Below are positions 1-11,414 of a stretch of DNA of 64,000 nt, piece by piece. The stretch covers positions 64,001-128,000 of the forward strand of contig OZ255836.1 of the NCBI GenBank assembly GCA_965277715.1. Reading direction: 5' to 3'. The first letter of the stretch is position 1; each line of letters begins with the position of its first letter. The DNA comes from Gammaproteobacteria bacterium (GTDB lineage Bacteria; Pseudomonadota; Gammaproteobacteria; JBCCGL01). The notes under the pieces are model-generated. The model was not told the origin of the DNA and made no database searches. It saw only the letters and a list, made by a program, of their open reading frames with translations. Made by a program: the position numbers and the translations under genes.

Positions 1-3000
1 CGTGTTTTTACCACCTATAGCGTTGTCCGAGACAATGCTGTTAATCACCAGTGTTGCCGGTGTGATATCAAGCAGTGGTGACACCGCATCACTTTCTGGG
101 GTGTAGACTGCGGGGCTGGCGAGATTGGAATAGTTGAAGTCCGTGCGCAAACCATAGCCGTCGGTAACTGACACCAAGCGCGCCAGTGGTTGGTAGACGG
201 CGATACCACAGCTAATGCCGTCGTGGCTACGGTAGCAATCATCCGGGTAGCCGTCACCGTCAATATCCGACACTTGCTTGAAGGGGCCATAGGCGGCACG
301 CATGATGACTGTGTGGATATGGGTTTTTAGCCCAAATAGTCTTTTTAGCGAGTGCAGGTAGAGTGATTCGCTCTTATCTTCAATCTCATAGTCGGCCAAT
401 ACTGGCATCCTGGCGGCATAATTGGTAAACGCCCCACCGTCGCTATAGGCGCATTTTTGTTCGTCGGCAACCAGGGTGCAGAAATCTGCCAGCTGATCAC
501 CATTCCTGTCGGTCAGGCTGATTGAGGCCTCAATGACCGGCAACCATACACTCTCGGCCCAGTCTGCCCCGCTAAAAGTAAACCAACTCGTCTCAGCGTT
601 AAAACCTGCCCCAGTGTTGATTCGGCACATATAGTCACCACCACGCCGGTAGCAGAGATCAGCCAAACCATCGGCGTTGATATCAGCGTGGCGAAACGTG
701 CGGTTCAGGACTCTTGTTTCGATAAATTCCTGTGTGGTACTGAGTGCTGGCAAACTAGCGGCCCATACCTCAGGACTACCAAACTCAGGGTATTCAACTC
801 CATCTACGCTGGCATAACCGTGGCCCAGGGCGCACTGATAGTCCAGATCAGATGAATCTGGATCGCGTTTCAGACCACAGATATCCGCATAGCCATCGCC
901 ATTGACATCCATGCGGGAGGGCTGGGGGGTTTTGCTGGTTTCGGTTGTGGTGCTGGTTTCGGTTGTGGTGCTGGTTTCAATACGGTCATCGCCTTTAGTC
1001 TTATGTATGGTAGTAGTGGTTTTGCTGACGGCATGCTCCAGCAAAAAGCCAAAATCAGTACCGGGCACTTTGACGGTCTCAGTCACTGACGTGCCTTCCA
1101 GGTTGCGTGCACAGTACAGGCCGTCCTCTTTAAAGGCGCAAAAATCCACCCACCGATCACGGTCTATATCAATAAAGCGTACGGCATTGTCGATAGTGAG
1201 GTCACTCACCTTATAACTGCTATCAACAAAGCGCTCGCCGTTTTCGTTGATACCACAGAAAATGCCGTTGTCACCGAGCAGGCAATAATCAGGTTGTGCG
1301 TCACGGTTGATATCAATCAAACTCAAGGTAATGAGTTTTTCTTCTTCGCCACGGTCATCGTCGTTGGAGTTGGTCCAGTTTTCACCGCCAGCACCCGGAT
1401 CCAACGCGGTTGTCCACTTAGTGGCCGTGGAGAAGTTACCGTCACCTGCATTCAGTGAGCAGTACAGACCATCCTCATAGTAGCAGAGGTCATTGTTACC
1501 ATCCTTATTCAGATCGCCAACAACATAGGTAAGAGGTTCATCCGAGGCGGCAAGTAACACCTGCTGAATAGCGCTGGGGGCGCTAATTTCCGCAGGTTCT
1601 GAGTGGTAGTCGAACTGCAATGGGGCAAGGCAGTTGCCTTGCGCATCGCAGCGCGTTACTTTCGACAGGCGACTGTAGCGCGACTCGCTGGCTGTCGAAG
1701 TGGTGTTGGTCTGTACCTGCTGGTTGAGAGTGGTGGCCACATCATCCTCAAGGGTGTCCGCCTGTTGGCGCAGGCTGGCAGCCGAGGCTTCGAGTTTGCT
1801 GATACTTGCGTTGGCCAGTTCGGCGGCGTGTTGTGGCAGAGTGCGCGCAGCCTCGATTTCCGCTATCGCCTCGCTATAGCCCTGAGCGCTTTCAGTACTG
1901 GCTTGTGCGAGATCTTCGTGGCTACTAGCCAATCGCATGTAACTATTTGACTGCGCCAGTTTATCCTCATGGGCAGTTTCCCAGAAAGAACTATTGAAGG
2001 TGGTGTTGGTGTGTTCGTGGACAAAAAACATAATATCGCCAACCGAAATAGGCACCGGATTTGGGTAGGCTTCAGTGGTCGTCGTGGTGTGCTGCTGGTA
2101 TATCTGCATAGCCTCCTGCTGCAATTGCAGTGCATTGCTGCGGTATAGCGTCGCGGCATTCTGTTTATTAGTGGCATCATCCTCGGCATTCTGAATTTTT
2201 TCTTCCAGATCAGCACTTTGTGCACTGTATTCATCGAGTTGATCGGTATGCTGAGCACGCTCGCTACGTCGTTCCTCAATGAGCTCATCGATACTGTCTG
2301 CCTGAACGCGCAACCGAGCTACGTGCTCCAGTTTCGTCTGGCTGTTGTCGCGTGCTATACCCGGTGGAATGAATGCATCATCAGGGCTATCCGAGTAACC
2401 GAAACGGTATTCGTAGATCAATTGACTCTGGCGTTTTACCTGCAAACGACTTAGACGGTTATCCTGTGTAGTAGCCTCACCGAGCTGATAGGAGGTCATC
2501 ACATCGGGACGCTGTTGGTAGACGAACTCGACGGTGTAACTGGAGTACTCTATGTCCTTTAGTTGTATTAGTCCATTTTGATTCTGATAGGTATAGGTAA
2601 GCGTGTTGTCAAATCGATCACGCTGTTCGCGTAGATACCACTGCTGGGCTTTGCCAGCGATAAGTTTAATGCTGTCGCCACCTTGCCCATAGTGGTGGAT
2701 AAAACCATCTGCCGATCTTACTTCCCAGTACTCAGGCCCCGATGCCTGCTGACCATGTGCAGTGACCTTGGTACCGGGCGAGTAGCGCAGACGGTATTCG
2801 CTGCCATTACCACCGTCAGTACCGGCAACCACTATCAATCGCTGGCCGTTGAGACAATAGCGATCGTTGCTATCGAAACGAATCGCACCCTGAAAACCGT
2901 CGTTGTCCTCATCCGCCGCGCAGCGCTGAATAGAAGAGACACCACCGAGTGCAAAGCCAAGGCCGAAAACACCGTTGCTGGCTCCCTGCTGGTAATTGAG

Positions 3001-3204
3001 TGACAGCGCCGGGCGCATATCATGGACTCCAGCCGGTAATTCCAGCGGCAGACTGTAGCTAAGCATACCCTGTCGCACTTCAGCATCACCACTGAGCTTG
3101 CCAACTAACAGTTGCTCTTCAGCAAGCGATGGGGTGATTTGTATCACCAACAGTGCGGCGAATGTCAGGAGGGTTTTAGCTATGATCTTAATAAAGCTAT
3201 ACAT
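1..3204 (-). CDS. Secreted SpvB-domain / FG-GAP-repeat (TcB/RHS-like) protein, runs off the left edge of the window (>1068 aa); absent from the ORF track
   Basis: Manual translation from ATG 3204 (AGGA upstream): signal-like MYSFIKIIAKTLLTFAALLVIQITPSLA, then SpvB-like YSLPLELPAGVHDMRPALSLNY...GLGFALGGVSSIQRC...DRYCLNGQRL, then FG-GAP-like repeats (DLNKDGNNDLC, DINRDAQPDYC, DVNGDGYADIC, DINADGLADLC, DIDGDGYPDDC), then LVSVTDGYG. Frame stays open at all spot-checked positions down to base 1. Confidence 0.85.
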   Translation of the reverse strand, partial: MYSFIKIIAKTLLTFAALLVIQITPSLAEEQLLVGKLSGDAEVRQGMLSYSLPLELPAGVHDMRPALSLNYQQGASNGVFGLGFALGGVSSIQRCAADEDNDGFQGAIRFDSNDRYCLNGQRLIVVAGTDGGNGSEYRLRYSPGTKVTAHGQQASGPEYWEVRSADGFIHHYGQGGDSIKLIAGKAQQWYLREQRDRFDNTLTYTYQNQNGLIQLKDIEYSSYTVEFVYQQRPDVMTSYQLGEATTQDNRLSRLQVKRQSQLIYEYRFGYSDSPDDAFIPPGIARDNSQTKLEHVARLRVQADSIDELIEERRSERAQHTDQLDEYSAQSADLEEKIQNAEDDATNKQNAATLYRSNALQLQQEAMQIYQQHTTTTTEAYPNPVPISVGDIMFFVHEHTNTTFNSSFWETAHEDKLAQSNSYMRLASSHEDLAQASTESAQGYSEAIAEIEAARTLPQHAAELANASISKLEASAASLRQQADTLEDDVATTLNQQVQTNTTSTASESRYSRLSKVTRCDAQGNCLAPLQFDYHSEPAEISAPSAIQQVLLAASDEPLTYVVGDLNKDGNNDLCYYEDGLYCSLNAGDGNFSTATKWTTALDPGAGGENWTNSNDDDRGEEEKLITLSLIDINRDAQPDYCLLGDNGIFCGINENGERFVDSSYKVSDLTIDNAVRFIDIDRDRWVDFCAFKEDGLYCARNLEGTSVTETVKVPGTDFGFLLEHAVSKTTTTIHKTKGDDRIETSTTTETSTTTETSKTPQPSRMDVNGDGYADICGLKRDPDSSDLDYQCALGHGYASVDGVEYPEFGSPEVWAASLPALSTTQEFIETRVLNRTFRHADINADGLADLCYRRGGDYMCRINTGAGFNAETSWFTFSGADWAESVWLPVIEASISLTDRNGDQLADFCTLVADEQKCAYSDGGAFTNYAARMPVLADYEIEDKSESLYLHSLKRLFGLKTHIHTVIMRAAYGPFKQVSDIDGDGYPDDCYRSHDGISCGIAVYQPLARLVSVTDGYGLRTDFNYSNLASPAVYTPESDAVSPLLDITPATLVINSIVSDNAIGGKNT
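934..978. repeat. 18-bp tandem repeat (2.5 copies) encoding ETSTTT in the SpvB/FG-GAP protein
   Basis: GCTGGTTTCGGTTGTGGT x2 + GCTGGTTTC. Confidence 0.9.
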
Positions 3205-3296
3205 GCCTTGTATTCCTGTCGTTGTATTTCCCAGCTACCGTATCGGTGCTTTGCGCAACCGAGCGTACCGATGATTTTTAGTTGCTTGAGCGAATC

Positions 3297-3851
3297 TTAG
3301 GGTTTACCGATATTTTCCAGTTTTTGTTTAGTGCTCGCCAGATCGTCTAGAAGCGCCTGTGCTTCAGCCGTTTTGGGATAGACCCTGTTTTGTTCTTGAT
3401 CGGCGCGGCTGAGTGCGGCGGCATCGATACCTTCACGGGTAATAATACCGGCGATCAGTGCCTGCATATTATCGACGGTGCTGTCAGCACGCTGAAACTG
3501 TTGATAACCTTCTGCATCGACGGCTTGTTGCTCAAGTGTTTGTTTTGCCTGGATGACAGTGGCATCAAGCTGATCAAGCGATGCTTTTACTGGCACCAGC
3601 TCAGGCGGCAAAGCACCTTTTATAACACCGCGTCCATCAGCACTTTGTTCTATAACAGTGGGTTCAGGTGTTTTCTGGAGGGGATTCTTCGATAGGTAAT
3701 CCTGGGACAGGACTTCCGGTTTGAACACAGCCGTGGCGGGAATATTATTACTATGGGTAATAATGCCGCTGGTTACCAGTGCGTAGACACCAACCAACGC
3801 CACAACAACCGCGCTGCTGAATAATACTTTTTTTATCGTAAACATACTCAT
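3297..3851 (-). CDS. Hypothetical protein with N-terminal membrane anchor/signal and helical C-terminus
   Basis: 184-aa ORF, hydrophobic VLFSSAVVVALVGVYALVT, co-directional and directly upstream of the SpvB-like gene. Confidence 0.7.
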   Translation of the reverse strand: MSMFTIKKVLFSSAVVVALVGVYALVTSGIITHSNNIPATAVFKPEVLSQDYLSKNPLQKTPEPTVIEQSADGRGVIKGALPPELVPVKASLDQLDATVIQAKQTLEQQAVDAEGYQQFQRADSTVDNMQALIAGIITREGIDAAALSRADQEQNRVYPKTAEAQALLDDLASTKQKLENIGKP

Positions 3852-4066
3852 TAAGTCCTTATTCCCACTACATATCAGTATCTTACAAGCTTCATTGGAT
3901 AGTGTGCAAGCACTTAACGCGCCTGTAGGGTTACTTTGTTCTACCTAGTACACCGCCTAACTTGTATTGGCGGGTTCAGCATTGCCTTTTTGATCCATCG
4001 ATTCTACTAAAAAACCTAAATATTAAGAACTGACTAATTCCATACAAGCAAACCTACAGTAGGGAA

Positions 4067-5986
4067 TCATTGTTGTACGGCAATATCGTCCAGTAACTGC
4101 TTATTAATAGTGACACTCGCACGCTCACGCAGTGCAAGTAACCAGGCCGCATATTCATTCCGACCTATTGCTGTACGCGCATTATCATTTGCTGATAATA
4201 TTTCGTTTGGCTCTCCCGACGCTATTGCTGACAAGGCAATCACCGCATAATCACCTGATAGTGTTTTCGTCATCGCATATGTAGGCCCAGCCGTTGGTTT
4301 TGGCATTTTAAATAGCTCAGCGATAATGTTGGCATCCGTTTTTGTATCATCACGAGATATTGAAGTTTCCTCGTTCACATTACCACCCAGCGAACTGTTT
4401 ACTTGTGCCATTGTGTCTCCGTTATTTAAAGAAGCCAGTGCTTCTGCGGCAATTGCGTTTAGCTTATCCTCTCGCTGTTTTGTCTCTAGTATATTTTGAA
4501 TTTCAGCGCGGACTTCATCCAGAGATTTTGCTTCGCCCGGCTGGTATTCACGCATTCGGACAACAATAACGTGATTATCACCGACACTAATCACCTCCGA
4601 ATTTAGTTGCTGATCAATAATCTCGTCATCAAAAGCAGCCTTTTTAACAGCGGGGTAACTAAAAATCCCCTCATTACTATCAGCGCCCAACCATTCAGTT
4701 TCAATCACCGGAATATCCAGGGTTTCTGCTGCTACCTCAAGTGTGTCATCGTTTTCGTAAACCTGATTTGCTAATGTTTCAGAAAGCTCAGAGAACAATT
4801 GCTCTGCTTCCTGAACGCGGTAGGCCTGTTCCACTTCCTCTCTAGCCTGATCAAACGACTTGCCCTGTTCAGCAATAATTTCATTCAGTTGAATTAAGTG
4901 AAAGCCAAAAGATGATTCCACAATCTCACTGAGCTCACCTGCCTCAAGGGAAAATGCAGCCTGCTCGAACTCTGATACCATAACACCACGGGGAAACTCA
5001 CCCAAATCACCTCCCTGCTGCGCAGACCCCGGATCTTCTGAATGTGTTTTGGCAAGCTCGGCAAACGATTCCCCCGCCAATACCCTATCGCGCAAGGTAT
5101 CAATTAACTGCCTCTTTTCCGCTTTATCCTCTGCAGAAATTTCATCATCCAGGGTAATTAAAATATGCGATGCACTGCGTCGCTCTGGCAAGACATATTT
5201 GTCTTTTTCGTTAAGATATGCTTCACGCAACCGCTCTTCGTCTACATCGATTGTCTGCGCCAAGGTATTCTGGTTCAGTTCAATATAATCCAATTTAACT
5301 TTTTCAGTATGCTGGAATTGTGCCGTATTGGCCGAGAAATATGCTTCAACCGATGCTTCATCCGGTGTTTCTATTGAACCGAGTAAATCAGCGGTAATAG
5401 CTATTGTTGAGAAAGTTCTGGTTTGGTTTCTCAGCGCATCAACACGCTCAGACTCCCGCTTTGTTTGAAACGATGAGGATAGAACGCCTTCACGCATTTG
5501 ATTAACAATGAGATCCTGTTTCAACTGCTCTTCAAATTGCTGAGCCGTTAAACCCTGCGATTGAAGCTGCCGCTCATAGCGTTCTTTATTAAAGGCACCA
5601 TCTTCCTGAAAAGCCGCCTCATCATATAACTGCAATGCAATCGTCTGATCGCCCATTGCATAACCGCTATTGTTAGTGTGCTGTTGTAATAAAGTACGTG
5701 TTATCGATGTTTCCAACGCTTGTTTGCGCAGAAAAGAAGCACTATCAAACCCATCCGGGATTTTGCCACCAAATGCTGCGCGCAATTGATTGCGTTGTAC
5801 ATAATAGTTTTGCTCATAAGCGCGAATGCTAACCTCGTCATCGTTGACTTTAGCCGCGTAATTATTCCCACCTCCACCAAAATAGGAACCAATCCCGAAT
5901 AATGCAAATGGAATAGAGATAACAACGATAACAGTCGTTCCTAACCATTTGGAACCTTTAACTCGATCACGAAGCGATAACAACAT
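4067..5986 (-). CDS. ppiD: Periplasmic chaperone/peptidyl-prolyl isomerase D
   Basis: SurA-N region plus parvulin domain (ASHILI...SEDPGSAQQGGDLG...FGFHLIQL); conserved position after hupB. Confidence 0.93.
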   Translation of the reverse strand: MLLSLRDRVKGSKWLGTTVIVVISIPFALFGIGSYFGGGGNNYAAKVNDDEVSIRAYEQNYYVQRNQLRAAFGGKIPDGFDSASFLRKQALETSITRTLLQQHTNNSGYAMGDQTIALQLYDEAAFQEDGAFNKERYERQLQSQGLTAQQFEEQLKQDLIVNQMREGVLSSSFQTKRESERVDALRNQTRTFSTIAITADLLGSIETPDEASVEAYFSANTAQFQHTEKVKLDYIELNQNTLAQTIDVDEERLREAYLNEKDKYVLPERRSASHILITLDDEISAEDKAEKRQLIDTLRDRVLAGESFAELAKTHSEDPGSAQQGGDLGEFPRGVMVSEFEQAAFSLEAGELSEIVESSFGFHLIQLNEIIAEQGKSFDQAREEVEQAYRVQEAEQLFSELSETLANQVYENDDTLEVAAETLDIPVIETEWLGADSNEGIFSYPAVKKAAFDDEIIDQQLNSEVISVGDNHVIVVRMREYQPGEAKSLDEVRAEIQNILETKQREDKLNAIAAEALASLNNGDTMAQVNSSLGGNVNEETSISRDDTKTDANIIAELFKMPKPTAGPTYAMTKTLSGDYAVIALSAIASGEPNEILSANDNARTAIGRNEYAAWLLALRERASVTINKQLLDDIAVQQ

Positions 5987-6063
5987 GGTTTCACCAAAAA
6001 TGCGGGCTTATTATTGATTGTCTCGGCTAACCTGATCCAGTTAACCGGGTATTGTCCAGAAAT

Positions 6064-6091
6064 AAAAATAAAAGGGTGCCTATGACACCCT
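6064..6091 (-). terminator. Intrinsic terminator after tRNA-Asp
   Basis: Minus-strand AGGGTG-loop-CACCCT hairpin followed by a T-rich tract. Confidence 0.7.
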
Positions 6092-6143
6092 CTACTTTAA
6101 ATTCATATGTTACTCATTAAAACAGACATAGAATTTATCCTTA

Positions 6144-6220
6144 TGGCGGAGCGGACGGGACTCGAACCCGCGACCCCCGGCGTGACAGGCCGGTATTCTA
6201 ACCAACTGAACTACCGCTCC
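6144..6220 (-). tRNA. tRNA-Asp (GTC)
   Basis: 77 nt GGAGCGGTAGTTCAGTTGG...CTGTCACG...GGTTCGAGTCCC...CCA. Confidence 0.97.
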
Positions 6221-6227
6221 AATATTG

Positions 6228-6303
6228 TGGTGGGTGCTGAGGGACTTGAACCCCCGACCCTCGCCTTGTAAGGGCGATGCTCTCCCAACTGAGCTAAGCA
6301 CCC
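6228..6303 (-). tRNA. tRNA-Val (TAC)
   Basis: 76 nt GGGTGCTTAGCTCAGTTGGGAGAGC...CTTACAAG...GGTTCAAGTCCC...CCA. Confidence 0.97.
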
Positions 6304-6319
6304 CTTCCCAGAAAGCGCG

Positions 6320-6592
6320 CTAGTTTACGGCATCTTTCAATGCTTTACCAGCTTTAAAACTCGGCACATTAGAGGCAGCAATCTGTATGGTATCACCCGT
6401 ACGCGGGTTGCGACCTTCACGTGCTTCACGTTTACGTACTAAAAAAGTACCAAAACCAATCAACGTCACCTGGTCACCCTCTTTAAGGGCATTCCCCACA
6501 GTGGCAACCATCGAATCAATGACCTTAGCGGCCGTGGTTTTCGGTACATCGGCGCTTTGCGCAACCGCTTCTACAAATTCTGTTTTATTCAT
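6320..6592 (-). CDS. hupB: DNA-binding protein HU
   Basis: MNKTEFVEAVA...GFGTF...GRNPRTG...FKAGKALKDAVN; follows lon. Confidence 0.95.
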   Translation of the reverse strand: MNKTEFVEAVAQSADVPKTTAAKVIDSMVATVGNALKEGDQVTLIGFGTFLVRKREAREGRNPRTGDTIQIAASNVPSFKAGKALKDAVN

Positions 6593-6836
6593 CCAGCACT
6601 CCCTAAGTTAGGCTAAAAAATGAAAATGGTTATTTGGAACCACCTATATATATTATAACAGGTAGCTGGCGTATTAACGGAACGAACTCTCTACAAAGGT
6701 CACACCCGCAGTAATAATTGCAACTTGCAGGCAAGGCAACCTGTATTTGGCCTTATCTCAAACAAGCAACTACTGTTTATACCAACTGGATAGAAGCCGT
6801 GTCAACACAAAACCCTCTGTACACGCGCATTCACTA

Positions 6837-9293
6837 TCAGTGGTGCCGAACACTGCCTTCAGTGTCTTCTTTCTGTTCACCCGAGGCTGCGACAGGAGAT
6901 ACAAGCTGCTCGCCATTATCGTCGCTATCTATCGGTGTGGGCATTGATTGCAGTGCAATATCAAGGACTTCCTGAATCCAGCGAACGGGCCTGACATCCA
7001 GTTTTTGAATAATATCATCAGGGATATCCGTCAGATCTTTTTCATTTTCATGCGGAATAAGCACCGTGCTGATACCACCCCGGTGGGCCGCCAGCATTTT
7101 TTCCTTCAAACCACCGATAGGCAATACTTCACCCCTCAGTGTTATCTCTCCCGTCATCGCGACATCAGAGCGTACGGGTATATTGGTCAGCGCAGAAACC
7201 AACGACGTGCACATACCAATACCGGCGCTGGGACCATCTTTTGGTGTAGCGCCCTCGGGGACATGAATATGAATATCTTTCTTCTCGTGGAATACCGTCT
7301 GTAGGCCCAGTGTATTGGAATGGCTGCGAACCACTGTCATCGCCGCCTGGATAGACTCTTGCATCACCTCACCCAATTGGCCCGTGTACAATAACTTCCC
7401 TTTACCTGCCACCACGGCTGCCTCAATAGTCAGTAACTCCCCTCCAACTTCTGTCCAGGCTAACCCAGTCACCTGTCCTACCTGATCATGTTCCTCGGCA
7501 CGGCCATATCGAAAACGGTGCACACCTAGATAGTGCTGTAATTCGTCAACACCAACCACAACCTGATGCCCACTGACTTGACTCAGCATAATTTCCTTAA
7601 CCACCTTTCGGCAAATTTTCGAAACCTCACGTTCCAGGTTACGTACACCCGCCTCTCGCGTATAGGTGCGAATGATTTCCCGGACAGCCTGTTCGGTAAT
7701 CTGTAATTCAGCATCCTTCAAACCATTGTCTTCCATCTTTCTTGGAATCAAATAATTATTGGCAATATTTAGCTTTTCATCTTCGGTATAACCTGGAATA
7801 CGGATCACTTCCATACGATCAAGCAGGGGAGCAGGTATATTTAAGCTATTCGCTGTAGCGACAAACATAACGTCAGACAAATCCATATCAACTTCAAGAT
7901 AGTGATCAGCAAAGGTATGGTTCTGTTCGGGATCAAGCACCTCTAACATAGCAGACGATGGATCACCGCGAAAATCCATCGACATCTTGTCTATTTCGTC
8001 CAATAAAAACAATGGGTTACGCTTTCCAACCTTAATCAGGTTTTGAACTATTTTTCCTGGCATCGAGCCAATATAGGTACGGCGATGACCACGAATTTCG
8101 GCCTCATCCCGGACACCGCCCAATGACATGCGGCCAAATTTGCGACCCGTCGCCCGGGCAATCGAACGCCCAAGCGATGTCTTACCAACCCCCGGCGGTC
8201 CCACCAGGCACAAAATAGGCCCTTTGATTTTTTTCACACGCTGCTGAACCGCCAAATACTCTAAAATACGCTCTTTGACTTTTTCCAATCCGTAGTGGTC
8301 TTCTTCCAGTACTGCCTCAGCCTCAGCGAGGTCGGTTCGTACTTTAGAGCGTTTACGCCAGGGAATGCTGGTTAAGGTGTCGATATAATTGCGCACCACC
8401 GTCGCCTCAGCAGACATTGGCGACATCATTTTGAGTTTCTTCAGTTCGCCATTGGCTTTATCCAATGCCTCTTTCGGCATTTTAGCCTTTTCAATTTTTT
8501 TACCCAGTTCGTCCGATTCATTGACTACCTCATCCATTTCACCCAGTTCTTTTTGAATCGCCTTAATCTGTTCATTCAAATAGTACTCACGCTGGCTTTT
8601 CTCCATTTGTTGCTTTACCCGGCCACGGATACGTTTTTCAACCTGAAGCAAGTCAAGCTCACCTTCCATCAATAAAATCAAATGCTCCAACCGCGCACGT
8701 GTGCTGATCAATTCAAGCACTTTTTGCTTTTCATCGATTTTTAACGACATATGTGCAGCAATGGTGTCAGCCAGACGACTTGGATCATCGATACCAGCAA
8801 GTGACGTTAGAATTTCCGGGGGTATTTTTTTATTGAGTTTGATGTATTGATCGAATAAACCGGTAACCGAACGCGACAGGACTTCGGCTTCCTTATCATC
8901 AAGTACTTCCTTGTCAGACAGCAGCTCAACACTGGCCGTAAAAAAATCGTTTGTCCGCTCTCCCAGGCGGACGATACGCGCACGACCGGTTCCCTCAACC
9001 AAGACCTTGATGGTACCATCGGGCAGTTTTAATAATTGTAATATGGTGGATACAGTGCCGACGCTATATAGATCCGGCTTTGAAGGCTCTTCGGTATCTG
9101 CCGTTTTTTGCGCTACCAGTAATATCTGCTTGTTGGCAGACATCGCGGCGTCGAGTGCACGTATTGATTTCCCTCGACCAACAAACAGAGGAACAACCAT
9201 GTGCGGATACACCACAACATCACGAAGCGGCAGCACAGAAATTGGAAATGATTCGGATACCGTTTCAAGGCCCGGTTCGTTTGTGTCGTTCAT
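6837..9293 (-). CDS. lon: ATP-dependent protease La
   Basis: Walker A GPPGVGKT, catalytic [16 protein letters not shown]. Confidence 0.99.
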   Translation of the reverse strand: MNDTNEPGLETVSESFPISVLPLRDVVVYPHMVVPLFVGRGKSIRALDAAMSANKQILLVAQKTADTEEPSKPDLYSVGTVSTILQLLKLPDGTIKVLVEGTGRARIVRLGERTNDFFTASVELLSDKEVLDDKEAEVLSRSVTGLFDQYIKLNKKIPPEILTSLAGIDDPSRLADTIAAHMSLKIDEKQKVLELISTRARLEHLILLMEGELDLLQVEKRIRGRVKQQMEKSQREYYLNEQIKAIQKELGEMDEVVNESDELGKKIEKAKMPKEALDKANGELKKLKMMSPMSAEATVVRNYIDTLTSIPWRKRSKVRTDLAEAEAVLEEDHYGLEKVKERILEYLAVQQRVKKIKGPILCLVGPPGVGKTSLGRSIARATGRKFGRMSLGGVRDEAEIRGHRRTYIGSMPGKIVQNLIKVGKRNPLFLLDEIDKMSMDFRGDPSSAMLEVLDPEQNHTFADHYLEVDMDLSDVMFVATANSLNIPAPLLDRMEVIRIPGYTEDEKLNIANNYLIPRKMEDNGLKDAELQITEQAVREIIRTYTREAGVRNLEREVSKICRKVVKEIMLSQVSGHQVVVGVDELQHYLGVHRFRYGRAEEHDQVGQVTGLAWTEVGGELLTIEAAVVAGKGKLLYTGQLGEVMQESIQAAMTVVRSHSNTLGLQTVFHEKKDIHIHVPEGATPKDGPSAGIGMCTSLVSALTNIPVRSDVAMTGEITLRGEVLPIGGLKEKMLAAHRGGISTVLIPHENEKDLTDIPDDIIQKLDVRPVRWIQEVLDIALQSMPTPIDSDDNGEQLVSPVAASGEQKEDTEGSVRHH

Positions 9294-9329
9294 TCGGTAT
9301 CCATCAGGATGTAGGGTTATCCACTTTTA

Positions 9330-9354
9330 ATGGTGATGGATCCCCATATTTCAA
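9330..9354 (-). promoter_or_regulatory. Putative sigma32 promoter of lon
   Basis: Minus strand TTGAAA-N13-CACCAT, similar to the RpoH consensus CTTGAAA-N13/14-CCCCAT. Confidence 0.6.
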
Positions 9355-9414
9355 TGGGGGGTTGCTTTTTACTGGCCTCGTTTAGGGCTTGTTCATGGGC
9401 AGACTGCCAGCAGG

Positions 9415-10716
9415 CTATTCGTCAGATGCCGCTCTTTTATACTCAGTGTCATCACCCAGCATAGGGTCGTGCCCTTCGAGCAGTAAATAGGGCTTGGTTT
9501 CACCGCGTACCACACCGCCATCAACCACCACCTTGGTCACATTTTCCATTTGTGGCAGTTCGTACATTGTCTCCAATAATACATTTTCAAGGATCGTACG
9601 CAGGCCACGTGCACCTGTTTTTCTTTCTGACGCTTTACTGGCAACGGCATATAGCGCTTCTTCGCGAAACTCCAATTCACAGTTTTCCATACCAAACAGT
9701 TTTTCATACTGTTTGGTGATAGCGTTTTTAGGTTCCTTAAGGATACGCACCAAAGCATCGTCATCCAGCTCTTCAAGTGTAGCAATCACCGGCAGCCGAC
9801 CAACAAACTCCGGTATCAATCCATAGCGGATCAAATCCTCAGCTTCGACCTCTTGCAATATATCACCGACATTGCGGGTATCATCTTTGGATTTAACATC
9901 AGCAGCAAAACCAATACCACTCTTCTCAGAGCGGTTGCGAATCACCTTATCGAGCCCGGCAAACGCACCCCCCACCAAAAACAGGATATCCGATGTATCT
10001 ACCTGCAAAAATTCCTGTTGTGGGTGTTTTCGCCCGCCTTGTGGTGGCACAGAAGCGATAGTGCCTTCAATCAGTTTTAACAGCGCCTGCTGAACGCCTT
10101 CGCCCGACACGTCACGGGTAATCGACGGGTTGTCAGATTTTCGGGAAATCTTATCGATTTCATCGATATAGACAATGCCTGTCTGTGCTTTTTCAACATC
10201 GTAGTCGCATTTTTGCAGTAGTTTTTGAATAATATTTTCGACATCTTCACCAACATAACCCGCCTCGGTCAGGGTGGTTGCATCGGCAATGGTAAAAGGC
10301 ACATTCAACAAACGAGCAAGTGTTTCTGCCAGTAGTGTTTTACCCGAACCTGTGGGGCCAATCAGCAAAATATTACTCTTGGCGAGTTCTACACCGTCTT
10401 TATCATCACGAAATTCAAGGCGCTTGTAGTGATTGTAAACAGCTACTGCGAGCACTTTTTTTGCCGCTTCCTGACCAATGACATATTGATCGAGAATATC
10501 TTTAATTTCATGCGGCTTGGGCAGTTGCTCGCCGCTCCCTGGTGACTGCTCCTGCATTTCTTCGGTAATAATGTCATTGCAAAGATCCACGCACTCATCA
10601 CAGATGAATACTGAAGGACCTGCAATCAATTTTCTTACCTCGTGCTGGCTCTTGCCGCAAAATGAGCAATAGAGCAACTTGCTATCATCTTGATTCTTAT
10701 TGTCGCCACCACTCAT
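9415..10716 (-). CDS. clpX: ATP-dependent Clp protease ATP-binding subunit ClpX
   Basis: CSFCGK zinc finger, [25 protein letters not shown] loop. Confidence 0.99.
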   Translation of the reverse strand: MSGGDNKNQDDSKLLYCSFCGKSQHEVRKLIAGPSVFICDECVDLCNDIITEEMQEQSPGSGEQLPKPHEIKDILDQYVIGQEAAKKVLAVAVYNHYKRLEFRDDKDGVELAKSNILLIGPTGSGKTLLAETLARLLNVPFTIADATTLTEAGYVGEDVENIIQKLLQKCDYDVEKAQTGIVYIDEIDKISRKSDNPSITRDVSGEGVQQALLKLIEGTIASVPPQGGRKHPQQEFLQVDTSDILFLVGGAFAGLDKVIRNRSEKSGIGFAADVKSKDDTRNVGDILQEVEAEDLIRYGLIPEFVGRLPVIATLEELDDDALVRILKEPKNAITKQYEKLFGMENCELEFREEALYAVASKASERKTGARGLRTILENVLLETMYELPQMENVTKVVVDGGVVRGETKPYLLLEGHDPMLGDDTEYKRAASDE

Positions 10717-10775
10717 TTCTAAACTCCGGTTACTTTTATTGACGCGTTCAAATTACCCATCATTCGGCGTTTTTT

Positions 10776-11414
10776 TCAATTGTCGGTTTTAGTAGTGCGG
10801 TTAGTCACTACCTCATCTACCAGACCATAGCTCACCGCCTCCCCTGCTGTCATAAAATTGTCCCGCTCAGTGTCCAGTTTTACTTTGTCGGCATCCTGCC
10901 CCGTATGTTTAGCCAATAGTGCATTTAAACGATCACGAATGCTCAATATTTCCCGTGCGTGAATATCAAAATCACTCGCCTGCCCCTGAAAACCACCCAG
11001 CGGTTGATGGATCATGCAACGCGAGTGTGGTAACAAAAAGCGTTTACCTGTAGCCCCCCCCGTCAGTAGCACTGCTCCCATGCTCGCCGCCTGACCAATG
11101 CAGAGTGTGCTGACATCGGGTTTAATGAATTGCATTGTATCGTAGATAGACATACCGGCTGTGACTGAACCGCCAGGGGAGTTAATGTACAGAGAAATGT
11201 CTTTATCAGGGTTTTCCGATTCAAGAAAGAGTAACTGTGCCACAACCAGATTGGCATTGTAGTCTTCAACTGGCCCGACCAGGAAGATAACACGCTCTTT
11301 TAGTAAACGTGAATATATATCATAGGATCGCTCACCACGCGGTGTCTGCTCAACCACAATGGGTATTGTCAGCGCATGTGGTGATGACACTGTATCCGAA
11401 ATTATCGGTGTCAT
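10776..11414 (-). CDS. clpP: ATP-dependent Clp protease proteolytic subunit
   Basis: [30 protein letters not shown]. Confidence 0.99.
   Translation of the reverse strand: MTPIISDTVSSPHALTIPIVVEQTPRGERSYDIYSRLLKERVIFLVGPVEDYNANLVVAQLLFLESENPDKDISLYINSPGGSVTAGMSIYDTMQFIKPDVSTLCIGQAASMGAVLLTGGATGKRFLLPHSRCMIHQPLGGFQGQASDFDIHAREILSIRDRLNALLAKHTGQDADKVKLDTERDNFMTAGEAVSYGLVDEVVTNRTTKTDN

Noticed and set aside
45-3300. Short ORFs listed in the track
   Set aside because: Shadows of the long minus-strand SpvB/FG-GAP frame
6110-6301. 63-aa ORF
   Set aside because: Translation of tRNA-Val and tRNA-Asp
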